Below, one piece after another: positions 1-8,309 of a stretch of 64,000 nt of DNA. The notes under the pieces are model-generated. The model was not told the origin of the DNA. It ran no database searches and saw only the letters and a program-made list of their open reading frames with translations. This stretch comes from Candidatus Bathyarchaeota archaeon. GTDB taxonomy: Archaea; Thermoproteota; Bathyarchaeia; Bathyarchaeales; Bathycorpusculaceae. The number at the start of each line of letters is the position of its first letter. The first letter of the stretch is position 1. The translations under genes were made by a program, and so were the position numbers. Location of the stretch: positions 1-64,000 of the forward strand of contig CAVZKL010000011.1 in the NCBI GenBank assembly GCA_963775895.1. The letters run 5' to 3'.

Positions 1-59
1 GACGCGCGCGCAATTCTTTTATTTGCTCAACATAAGAGAAGGAAAGGGAGAGCCTAGCA

Positions 60-1023
60 GTGCCACCTCGTCTGCCAGAGTCGAAGCATTTTCAGATTGA
101 AAGATTGGCGGATGGTGTCTATGCCGCAGTTGCTTCTGAGCAGGGATATGCAAGCTGTAATGCTGGTATCATCGACATTGGTGATAGAACCATTATCTTC
201 GACACGTTCCTCACTCCCGAAGCAGCCAGAGACCTTTTGAAGACCGCTGAACAACTAACCTCAAATAAGATCACACATGTTGTCAACAGTCACGAGCACA
301 ATGACCATATTCGCGGCAACCAAATCTTTGACTCGAATGTTGACATAATCAGTACTGCATTGACTCGTGAAGCAATTGCCCGAAACGAGCCTGAAAATAT
401 CAAATCAGAGAAAGAGACGATTCTCAAGGAAATCATCGATGCGCAATCAAGACTTGATGCTGAGAAGGATGCTAAACGACGGCGGGAACTTGCTTTATTG
501 ATTTCTTACATGCAGGGTGTCAGCAAATCACATTCCGAATTGAAAACAAGACTTCCAAACATCACTTTTGAACATAAGCTCACAATACACGGAACAAAGA
601 GAACAATAGAGCTTCTACCACTTGCTGGCCACACGTTCAGTGACGTTGTTCTTTACCTACCGAAAGAGAGAATTGCGTTTATGGGCGATTTGCTTTTTGT
701 CAACATACATCCTTACCTCGCAAGTGGTTCTCCTGAGAAATGGAAACAATCACTCGCCGAGGTCGAAAGGATTAGGAGCCAAGATTGCCGTTCCTGGTCA
801 TGGTCCTGTGGGTCGATCGGCAGACCTTTCGGTATTGTCTCAATATATTGAGTCACTTGAAAGCATCGTAGTGAACATGATAAAGTCTGGCAAACCTGTG
901 GAGCAAGCATCTTCTGAACCAATCCCCTCGCCATTCGACACTTGGCTGTGTTTGGAAAACTTTTTCGTCACAAATCTCAAGTTCCTTTACAAACTCGCTA
1001 CGCAAGGAAAAGAGACAATATAG
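60..1023 (+). CDS. MBL-fold metallo-hydrolase (one frameshift near 770)
   Basis: NSHEHNDH metal motif and GHT/GD motifs in ORF 60-851; C-terminal VPGHG motif continues in ORF 622-1023. Confidence 0.85.
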
Positions 1024-1164
1024 GTCACAGGGGGTTCTAGAAATAGCGTGCGTTCTCAGCGCTAATCGTATCGCGGTTTGGGTTTGGGGGTAAAGTATTA
1101 TACTGCGCCGTGACGAAGGGCGACAACGCTTTAGCCTTTGTGACTTAGAGAAAGGTAAAGGATA

Positions 1165-1359
1165 ATGTTCTCTCCTAAAATGAAGCTTCTCTTATCGATT
1201 ATTTTCATCATGGTAGTTGTGACCCTTGTTTTCGACTTGGCAGGTCTGTCATTTCCTCTTGGAGGCTACTCATTGTATATTGTTGTCTTCGTCATTGCAG
1301 TCTTGTTTTACGCTTTGCTTTCGAAATTGATGGACAAACTGAAAAAGAATCGCCTTTGA
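1165..1359 (+). CDS. Small two-TM membrane protein
   Basis: 64 aa, two hydrophobic helices, purine-rich leader. Confidence 0.6.
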   Translation: MFSPKMKLLLSIIFIMVVVTLVFDLAGLSFPLGGYSLYIVVFVIAVLFYALLSKLMDKLKKNRL

Positions 1360-1374
1360 TGTGCGCGTATTGGC

Positions 1375-1415
1375 TTTGCGTTATCGTCTGGAACGGGCGA
1401 GTGAGCCGAACGGCT
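1375..1415 (+). repeat. ~50-bp dispersed hairpin repeat, copy 1 (3' truncated)
   Basis: tttgcgttatcgtctggaacgggcgagtgagccgaacggct matches copies at 2286, 3270 and 6220. Confidence 0.9.
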
Positions 1416-1928
1416 TTTGTGGCTTTAACGTTTCTGGCCCTTGGCAGGAAGTTGCTGTCTCAACTGTTTCTTTTTCGCTTCTTTATCCCGTTCTTTCTTT
1501 TTCTGTTGTGCGATTTGAGTATTCTTTTGTTTACGTTTCATTACACTCGGCATAAATCTCAGCTACAAATTAACGATAGATAAGCAAGCTAAAACATATT
1601 TCTTTCGCATTAATGAAGGAAGCCAATAATATCCAAAACTGACGCGTCTTTCTTTCATTTCATTAAAGAAGCCAACTTTAAAAAGAGAAAAAAGAGTTTT
1701 GCAAAGCTCTTTCTTGGGGCTTAAGAAGTCTGTGTTTTGCTTTGCTTTTCCTTATGTTTTTTCCTTTTCTCGTCTCGCTCTTTCTTGGTTAACGGTTTGT
1801 CTTTTTTCGGCATTTATGTTCCCAGAAGGTATGATATGCGTAATAGTGCTTTAATAATTTTCCAATTTTAGAAGAGGCTCGACTTACAGGTTTTGGATCT
1901 TGGGTCTTCAAAACTTCGGCTTGATCAT

Positions 1929-1992
1929 GCGCGCGCTAGATCCATTTGATCGTGGGTTTTTTTTCTTCGGCCGGTCGAATAATGCGCGCTAG
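1929..1992. repeat. Two directly repeated GCGCGCTAG boxes (1929-1939, 1984-1992)
   Basis: Read directly from the sequence. Confidence 0.8.
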
Positions 1993-2114
1993 ACCTCAAT
2001 GACTGAATGACATCTAGGACAATTCCTAGGATTTCCTTCTGTCTTAAACTCCAGCCCACAGTTCTTACATCTGCAGTTCTTTGCTCTACCGTATTTTCTG
2101 TATCTTTCACTCAT
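1989..2114 (-). CDS. 41-aa zinc-ribbon microprotein (not in ORF track)
   Basis: MSERYRKYGRAKNCRCKNCGLEFKTEGNPRNCPRCHSVIEV*, CxxC...CxxC pattern, purine-rich leader; TAG stop lies inside a GCGCGC box. Confidence 0.7.
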   Translation of the reverse strand: MSERYRKYGRAKNCRCKNCGLEFKTEGNPRNCPRCHSVIEV

Positions 2115-2127
2115 TCTTTTTCCTTCT

Positions 2128-2138
2128 TAGCGCGCGCG
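2128..2138. repeat. TAGCGCGCGCG junction box
   Basis: Just upstream of the zinc-ribbon microgene. Confidence 0.75.
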
Positions 2139-2285
2139 TTGAATTAGGTGGTCAATAACGAATGCAAGTTCCTTGTTTTCTTCGGTTGCCATACCGAAAT
2201 ATCAAATTAGTTAATGCGATCTCTTTAACCTTTTTGAGAATTGTCTGGAGTTAGCGCTGACGTTATTTTGACGGTGTCGGCTCTT

Positions 2286-2333
2286 TTTGGCGTATCGTCT
2301 GGAACGTGCGAGCGAGCCGAACGGCTCACGAGT
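2286..2333 (+). repeat. ~50-bp dispersed hairpin repeat, copy 2
   Basis: tttggcgtatcgtctggaacgtgcgagcgagccgaacggctcacgagt. Confidence 0.9.
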
Positions 2334-2436
2334 TGATTAGCGCTTGGTAGTAAATGGAGATTGGTCTTTTAGTTGTAGGGAAAAATCTAATATAGAGATA
2401 ATTCTGATACGTATAAATAGACAAAGTGGAATCGCC

Positions 2437-3225
2437 TTGGCTTTTCCAACTTTGGATTCAGTTGCACGTAGTGTTATTTACCTCATAGTTGGCGTCGTTA
2501 TAGTTTATTTGTTGTCAAGAGCCTTGAAGCTTCGCCCGAAACCTATAACAATTGCGAAGCCGAGAAAAGAGGCTGCCGCCGCTTTGATTGTGAGCGTAGC
2601 CCTGCTTATTTTGGTGTTTGCGTGGCGAACGTTGACGAAAACATTCCAACTTCAGCCCCCAGAAAACACCGTTAGTATCACATTTGGTTTGTGGACCGCA
2701 TTCCTTTACGGTACGGGTTTTGCGGTCATAATCGTGGCTATGAAGATCACTCGACAAACTCTGGGAAGCATAGGCATAAGCAGAAAGGATACCGGAAAAA
2801 TGCTTTTTCTGGGGTTCGCATTAAGCGCAATATTGCTTGCCATTTATGGCTTGCTTACTACCTCTTTAGGAGGAGGTTTCGTAGGCTTTTCTCTTTTTTT
2901 GGCGTACGACCTAATTCTTGATATAATAGTGGGTTTCAGCGAGGAAACATTTTGGAGAGGCTACATTCAAACGAGGTTAATCGCTTATTGTGGCACAAAC
3001 AAAGGACTTGTAGTTACGTCGTTGCTTTTCGCTGTTCTTTGGCATTTTCCAATAGCCTATTACGTTGAAACATCGGGAGTTATGCTGGAGGCATTGGCAT
3101 GGACTCTATTGAGATTCCCAATTGGCTTGTTCCTCGGATACATTATGGTGAAAAGCCAAAACATAGTCCCATCCTCAATCGTCCATATCTTCATCAACTG
3201 GAACCTTGTTCTATGGCACCTTTAG
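2437..3225 (+). CDS. CPBP (CAAX/Abi) family intramembrane metalloprotease
   Basis: EETFWRG, FAVLWH and H..N motifs, multiple TM helices; likely TTG start at 2437; stop TAG is the start of the box TAGCGCGCGCG (3223-3233). Confidence 0.9.
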   Translation: MAFPTLDSVARSVIYLIVGVVIVYLLSRALKLRPKPITIAKPRKEAAAALIVSVALLILVFAWRTLTKTFQLQPPENTVSITFGLWTAFLYGTGFAVIIVAMKITRQTLGSIGISRKDTGKMLFLGFALSAILLAIYGLLTTSLGGGFVGFSLFLAYDLILDIIVGFSEETFWRGYIQTRLIAYCGTNKGLVVTSLLFAVLWHFPIAYYVETSGVMLEALAWTLLRFPIGLFLGYIMVKSQNIVPSSIVHIFINWNLVLWHL

Positions 3226-3269
3226 CGCGCGCGTTGGGAACATAATGAATATCTAGAGAGTATCGGTTT

Positions 3270-3319
3270 TTTGGCGTGTCGCCAGGAACGTGCGAGTGAG
3301 CCGAACGGCTCGCGAGCTA
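3270..3319 (+). repeat. ~50-bp dispersed hairpin repeat, copy 3
   Basis: tttggcgtgtcgccaggaacgtgcgagtgagccgaacggctcgcgagcta. Confidence 0.9.
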
Positions 3320-3327
3320 TCTGTTCT

Positions 3328-3534
3328 TCACATTCCAGTTCTGTACTTTATGGAATAGTACAGTTCAGCACCCCTTGGAATTGACTTTGGTATTTCTTCT
3401 TCAACAACATACATCGGCACTGGGTGTTCGGTTGGATTTTTTGGACATTCGTTGTGAATGTTGGTGACATTTTCATATCCGCACAAGGGGCACCTATGTT
3501 TGACGGTTTCAGACCACTTTGGATGTGCAGACAA
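3328..3534 (-). CDS. Small Cys/His-containing protein, possibly a 5' truncated remnant
   Basis: CPLCG...ECP..H motif; frame stays open upstream to ~3624 without a canonical start. Confidence 0.4.
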   Translation of the reverse strand: MSAHPKWSETVKHRCPLCGYENVTNIHNECPKNPTEHPVPMYVVEEEIPKSIPRGAELYYSIKYRTGM

Positions 3535-3797
3535 AGCCCCGATAATGTTAGCAGCTTTCTTCTGTTCTCTCGATGTACCTGTGTCCGTGTGCTGTAACGC
3601 CCATATTATTTCTTTTTTATTCAGTCACAGCACATCCTTGATTCAAATTTCCTTGTAAGTTTAATTTTCCAATCCTAAGTTAAGTTGAGAAGGTAGTTCC
3701 ATATAAATGATGATGCGTGGGCTTGGGGCAAAGTTCTGTCTCATGCATGAAGTCGGCGAGAAAGTGGTTTCTGAAGTGAGAAACAAAAAAAGAGGGG

Positions 3798-3863
3798 TTA
3801 TTTGCGTTTTTTGAAAAGTTGTACTCCTTCGATTGTTGTTTTGTATGTGAATCCGTGTTCTAG
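3798..3863 (-). pseudogene. Tyrosine recombinase C-terminal remnant
   Basis: Translates to LEHGFTYKTTIEGVQLFKKRK*, aligning with LIDNGWTYICTTPQNIMMFRKRK* of the integrase ending at 6769; same pyrimidine-rich trailer; cut at box TAGCACGCGCGCTA (3861-3874). Confidence 0.8.
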
Positions 3864-3916
3864 CACGCGCGCTATCTATTTCGAGGGCATACTAGGCACA
3901 AGACCGAGCTGTTGCA

Positions 3917-4318
3917 TCATGTTAGCATGTTATAATAATCAGTCTCTCGCCTGATCTTACCATTGTGAATTTCAATTATCGATGCGCCTTTAACCGAAAA
4001 GCGTTTTCCGGTCGCCGGTATCGCTGTCGCCGGTATCGCTGGATTGCTGCTATGGGCCTGAGTGCCCGTCATGATCCATTCCCAAGCTACCCAATTGCCA
4101 ATGTTAAACAGGGACTTCGATTCGAATCGCACATCAGGAACGTCAATAAGAGATGATTTGCAGAAGGCGACTAATTCCTTCTTGCCGTGGCAGACTACGC
4201 CCAGACCATTGTCCTCTAAAACACAATCATCTGTATAGAAGGAGATTATCTTATCCAAGTCGTGTGAATTCCATGCGGCAGCCCAATCTTTTATCACCTT
4301 TTCAATATCATTTGTCAT
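3917..4318 (-). CDS. SnoaL-like / NTF2-fold ester cyclase family protein
   Basis: AWNSHDLDKI..YTDD, WIMTGT and GKIRRETDYY pattern. Confidence 0.85.
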   Translation of the reverse strand: MTNDIEKVIKDWAAAWNSHDLDKIISFYTDDCVLEDNGLGVVCHGKKELVAFCKSSLIDVPDVRFESKSLFNIGNWVAWEWIMTGTQAHSSNPAIPATAIPATGKRFSVKGASIIEIHNGKIRRETDYYNMLT

Positions 4319-4396
4319 CTTTAGACCTCTGATCTATGCTTCTTTGAAGCGATTGTACTATATATATAACTTTCCTTCCAAATTCGTTCGCACGGA

Positions 4397-4497
4397 AGCG
4401 CGCGCTAGTTGTTGTTTTGAGTTTTGGTGGGTTGGAGCGCGAGCATGATGCGAGCGCGACAGGACGGTGAAGCATGATGCTGAAGAGCGCGCGCTAG
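4397..4497. repeat. Two identical AGCGCGCGCTAG boxes (4397-4408, 4486-4497) enclosing a short spacer with two AGCATGATGC copies
   Basis: Read directly from the sequence. Confidence 0.85.
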
Positions 4498-4584
4498 GTG
4501 ACAGAGAGCTGGGATTTTCAGCAAATCTTAAGCCAAGACTTGGGGAAGTAGACTATGTCTATTCAGAACGGAGAAGGACAATTA

Positions 4585-4758
4585 ATGATGATATTTTGGC
4601 TCATAGTTTTGGCCGTGGCACTCGTAGTCGTCGTGTCAATTATCGTGATAATAATATGGCTTGTGAGAAGGCGACGTCGCTCCGAAAAGAAGCGGGTACC
4701 GCCTCCACCTGCTCCAGAATCTGAGAAAGAGGGCATCTCTCGGGTGTCTGAGGCTTGA
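4585..4758 (+). CDS. Small single-TM protein with basic, Pro-rich tail
   Basis: Hydrophobic helix followed by RRRRR and PPPP. Confidence 0.55.
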   Translation: MMIFWLIVLAVALVVVVSIIVIIIWLVRRRRRSEKKRVPPPPAPESEKEGISRVSEA

Positions 4759-4949
4759 ATATGCTTGGCTTGATAATAGCGTTTGCAGGAATCGTAGTGG
4801 TGATAATTGCTGTGTACAGCCAGCTTCCAGAAATTAGAGTCGGTGTTCCGAACACATTTACTTGGGAGATGCGGAAAAGCGTCATGGTCGCTGGTGCAGG
4901 AGTGCTCATATTCCTCTTGGGAATCCTTATCGAAAGAGCAGGCATTTGA
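4755..4949 (+). CDS. Small two-TM membrane protein
   Basis: Overlaps the previous stop; two hydrophobic helices. Confidence 0.55.
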   Translation: MNMLGLIIAFAGIVVVIIAVYSQLPEIRVGVPNTFTWEMRKSVMVAGAGVLIFLLGILIERAGI

Positions 4950-5086
4950 GTCAGTATTAAAACTTGTTTCTTTGATGCTGTGCAGATTAAAGATTTCTCA
5001 TATTCTTTTTTCAGCTAGACTAGAGCCCTTTTTGTGTGGATTCCAAAGTTTTTAAAGGATGGTTATCAGATAGAAAGTTGACTAAT

Positions 5087-5368
5087 ATGCCGATAATTAT
5101 CAAGATTGGACCAGCTGTAATAAAACTTTTTTGGGCAATAGTTGCCTTATTAGGTGTCTTTTTAGCACAAACTGGATTTTCAGCGACCATTAGCGGCTTA
5201 ACAGATTTTGGTGAAATAACTTTAGCAAACGCTGCTGCTCTTTCGCACATAAGCGGTGGCATTCTTGTGTTTATTCTTGGGTTGGTTGTGGTGGCGGCAG
5301 GCTATCTCGGAATTCGCGGAAGAATAATAATCACTACAAACGAAGAAACAAAACAGAACCCTTCTTAG
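5087..5368 (+). CDS. Small two-TM membrane protein
   Basis: Hydrophobic ORF, followed by an AGCGCGCGCG box at 5413-5422. Confidence 0.55.
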   Translation: MPIIIKIGPAVIKLFWAIVALLGVFLAQTGFSATISGLTDFGEITLANAAALSHISGGILVFILGLVVVAAGYLGIRGRIIITTNEETKQNPS

Positions 5369-5501
5369 ATTACCGTAATGACTTTTTGAACCAGTTTTTG
5401 ATTTTGCGGAAAAGCGCGCGCGTGCGGATTTAAAATTTCTGTCTGGTTGTTAGTGCGTGCTGAAGCAATTGAGATGAGGACTTGAAAAGAAAAAAGGGGA
5501 G

Positions 5502-5534
5502 TTATTTGCATTTTCGGAATTGTTTTCCGCTGTC
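5502..5534 (-). pseudogene. Short, degenerate tyrosine recombinase C-terminal remnant
   Basis: DSGKQFRKCK*; DNA aaggggagttatttgcattttcggaa closely resembles agagggggttatttgcgttttcggaa at the integrase end. Confidence 0.55.
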
Positions 5535-5543
5535 TCAGCATCT

Positions 5544-6113
5544 CTATACTTTGATTATTTTCGAGGAAAATTTGACTGCTCTTAATGAATCTCTGGTCGG
5601 GGATAGATCTTCTGAGATCTTTGCGAGCTTCTCAAGTTGCTCCATGGTTGCGTCGCTCTTGATGTAATAGGTGGCTCGTAACTCTTGGTAGCCAGGTCTG
5701 ACCTTTCCAGGTTCTGGCAAGCCCATTGTGCCCTGCAGGTCTATGTCTCCTTCTATCTGTGTCACTAGCGAGTCTATCTTGATGCCCATCCCCGCGCCGT
5801 AGGATGCGAAGTTGTTGGTTATACAGTGGCTTAGCGCATCCAACAGTATCTCTGGTGGTAATGCGCCTTTATTCGTGCCCATCAGCTCTGGTGGATGATC
5901 GCTAGTAATTCCAAAAGGTTTGACTCTGCTATTCTTGTTGCCTCCCAACCAGAACTCGTCAATTGTTGACTCATTGTAAAAGGCGGTTTTCCACGTGGCT
6001 CTTGCCTGAAACTTGGCCCAAGCCGACTTCGGCTGCTTCATGACCGCTTCTCTCATTGCCTGAGCCTTTGACAAATCGACTCCGTTAATGGTTTTCGCTT
6101 TTTCGGTTTCCAT
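5544..6113 (-). CDS. OsmC family protein
   Basis: INGVD N-terminus, DHPPELMGTNKG..P.E.LL.ALSHC, EGDIDLQG..G, VRPGY; second Cys replaced (SPTRD). Confidence 0.85.
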   Translation of the reverse strand: METEKAKTINGVDLSKAQAMREAVMKQPKSAWAKFQARATWKTAFYNESTIDEFWLGGNKNSRVKPFGITSDHPPELMGTNKGALPPEILLDALSHCITNNFASYGAGMGIKIDSLVTQIEGDIDLQGTMGLPEPGKVRPGYQELRATYYIKSDATMEQLEKLAKISEDLSPTRDSLRAVKFSSKIIKV

Positions 6114-6219
6114 TGATGTGACCTCTTTGATTCTTCAGCTTGCGTTGGAGCTTATAGCATTTGTGACTTCGCCACTATCGTGCACTTTGAAAAGCTCAAG
6201 TCTATTTTGAGGATGTCAG

Positions 6220-6271
6220 TTTGGCGTAGTCGTCTGGAACGTGCGAGTGAGCCGAACGGCTCACGAGCTAT
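6220..6271 (+). repeat. ~50-bp dispersed hairpin repeat, copy 4
   Basis: tttggcgtagtcgtctggaacgtgcgagtgagccgaacggctcacgagctat; perfect GTGAGCCG-AA-CGGCTCAC hairpin. Confidence 0.9.
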
Positions 6272-6276
6272 AATGC

Positions 6277-6754
6277 GTGCTGAGCAACCGCGAAAGTCCA
6301 AACATTGAAATACGAAGTGAACGCTCAAGACAGAACGTGAAAGAAAAGTCTGAAGTTGTTCCGTGGATATTGATTATTGCATCTGTGATTGTCGCTCTTG
6401 TATTGGGTATTTCGCTTCTTTCCGAATCAGCTGAACCGAATTTAGCGATTGTATTCGGGTTCTTGGTGTCTGTCATAATTTGTTTTTCTGTAATTTCTTC
6501 GCTAGCCTTCAGAGGCGAAACAATACATAAGGTTCTTCTTCTAGTTTCATTGCTTCTTGAATCGGGTCGTTTTCTTATTGTGTCTTTTTTGGGGATTCGC
6601 GCTGGCAAGTTTAAGTCCAGCTTGGAGGGATAACCATCCTTCGGCTGTTTACAATATGTCTATAACCGTTGCTTGCCTGTTTGTTTTGGCTTCTATTCTG
6701 GCGGTTGCAGCGATTGGAGTTCTCGTCTCGATTCTAAGAGCTAGAGGAAAATAG
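6277..6754 (+). CDS. Multi-TM membrane protein (probably one gene frameshifted near 6590)
   Basis: Two overlapping hydrophobic ORFs, 6277-6633 and 6557-6754. Confidence 0.5.
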
Positions 6755-6768
6755 AAGAAAAGAGGGGG

Positions 6769-7683
6769 TTATTTGCGTTTTCGGAACATCATTATGTTCT
6801 GTGGGGTTGTGCAGATGTATGTCCATCCGTTGTCTATTAGTTCGCCTGCTTCTTTTTCGTCTTTGGCTATTGCGTGGTGGTAGTTTTGGCTTTCTTCGTC
6901 AAATTGAACGATATGAGTATAGACCATTGTTGAGTTAATGTTTCGGTGTCCAAGTCTTGCTTGAACTTCGATCAAGCTCTTGGTTTCGTTGTAAAGGCGT
7001 GTAGCATGATAGTGTCGTAAGGTGTGGAAGTGTATTTGTCTTCAGTCGTGGGTTGTTCAGTTTCTCCGCGAGGCGTTTCTTTTGATAGTTGAACATGGTT
7101 GCGAGTGAAGCCTAGGCGTGTGTTGCTAAATATGTAGTGGTTTCGTTTTGGTAACGTGTTGAGTCGTGCAAGTAATTTAGCTGAGATTCTCACTTCTCTT
7201 GGTTTACATCCTTTTTCAGGGTTGTTGCATTTCAGCGTGCTTTTTTCTTCGTCTATATCTGTCCATTTGCATTGCCATAGTTCGCCTATTCTGAATCCTG
7301 TTTCTTTGAGTGCTTGCAGTGCAATGGAGAACTTTTTTGCTTGTTCCGCTTATGAGTGCGTCTATTTCTTTTTCTGTTGGCACGAATGGAAGCGTTTCAT
7401 TCTTGGGATAGAGTGGTGGATGTCCATTGGATATCCTTCATTTTGGCGTATTCGTTGTAGGTGAAAACGGCTAGGTTTTGTGTCCATTTGACCATTTGTT
7501 GTTTCTTTTTATGTAGAGTTTTACAGTTTCAGGGTCTGCTAGGTTTACGTTTTCTCTAATCATGTGTCGTAGAATCTTGTATTTTGTTTGGATGGTTGCG
7601 TCTGCGAAGGCTTGTTTTTCGCAATGTATCATGAACTCTGCGAGGTCTGTGTTTGTGATAACGTCAGAGCAGGCGGGTTCCAT
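6769..7683 (-). pseudogene. Tyrosine recombinase/integrase (XerC/D-like), multiply frameshifted
   Basis: Across frames: ETGFRIGEL (catalytic R), PEKG (K), HTLRH (HxxR), LGHRNINSTMVYTH (H and catalytic Y); ATG at 7683. Confidence 0.9.
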
Positions 7684-7689
7684 TGAAAA

Positions 7690-8004
7690 GCTGGCGTGTT
7701 GGTCGTAACCCGCCTTTTGTTTTTTGTGGCATTCGGCTAATCGGGCTACCCGCGCTTCCGGTAGATTCTTCATCAGCGTCTGTTTGCCCTTTCCACTTGC
7801 AGGACGGCCGTTTCACCGTTTCGCACCAGGCATCCTCAACAACTTAACATGCATCATCGTCCTCTGCCAGGTGGACGTTTCGTTTCTGCTCCGTTGCCAG
7901 GGTTCTCACCCTGCGCCCTTACGAACGCTGCAATTCTACGCGTGGGCGGAGTTTCCTCAAACCCTCAAATTCAGGGCTCGGAAGCCACACACCAACTCGC
8001 CAGC
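7690..8004 (-). ncRNA. rnpB: RNase P RNA (archaeal)
   Basis: Minus strand shows P1 GCUGGCGAGUUGGU/ACCAACACGCCAGC, CR-I GAGGAAACUCCGCCC, CR-II GCAGAAACG, CR-III GUGAAACGG, CR-IV UAGCCGAAUG, CR-V AACAAAAGGCGGGUUA; ~315 nt. Confidence 0.95.
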
Positions 8005-8135
8005 CAAACATCAATGCACAGGCGTCCGCAATAAGAATTTTGGAAACTTCACTTGACGAAGCAGTTTTGATGAGGAAAATCTGTCGATCCAGCATGGCGC
8101 ACGCTTGGTGGTGAAGTCTTATCCAACCGACCTGA

Positions 8136-8309
8136 CTATGGCTTTTTGGCGAACTTGAGAGCTGTGCCGACGATCATTACAACGATTCCCACGAACAGAA
8201 GTACCATTCCAGGATTATTGCCTTCGTGCAGCTGCAAGGGTGCGGCCAAGATAGCACCGCACAATGTTAAAATAGCCCCAAAAAAGAACAGGACATCATA
8301 CTTGTCCAT
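8136..8309 (-). CDS. 57-aa two-TM membrane protein (not in ORF track)
   Basis: MDKYDVLFFFGAILTLCGAILAAP...VGIVVMIVGTALKFAKKP*; GAAGGTG SD-like leader. Confidence 0.6.
   Translation of the reverse strand: MDKYDVLFFFGAILTLCGAILAAPLQLHEGNNPGMVLLFVGIVVMIVGTALKFAKKP

Larger units (their letters stand above)
1..7689. mobile_element. Variable island of decayed or tandem integrative elements and small gene cassettes downstream of rnpB (left edge outside window)
   Basis: Tyrosine recombinase abutting the rnpB 3' end, two more integrase C-terminal remnants, four ~50-bp repeats, dense (GC)n boxes, short accessory ORFs and AT-rich spacers. Confidence 0.65.

Noticed and set aside
1420-1920. Overlapping short ORFs and T-rich tracts as real genes
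   Set aside because: Low complexity with no motifs; more likely decayed element DNA.
1375-6271. The ~50-bp repeats as a CRISPR array
   Set aside because: Spacing is 0.9-3 kb and irregular, with genes in between, and there are no cas genes in the window.
1375-7683. Classical integron (IntI plus attC)
   Set aside because: The repeats lack attC R-box ends, I see no IntI-specific insertion in the recombinase, and cargo genes lie on both strands.
7684-8056. ORFs 7724-8056, 7849-8034 and the first 30 codons of 7471-7773 as proteins
   Set aside because: They overlap the RNase P RNA gene.
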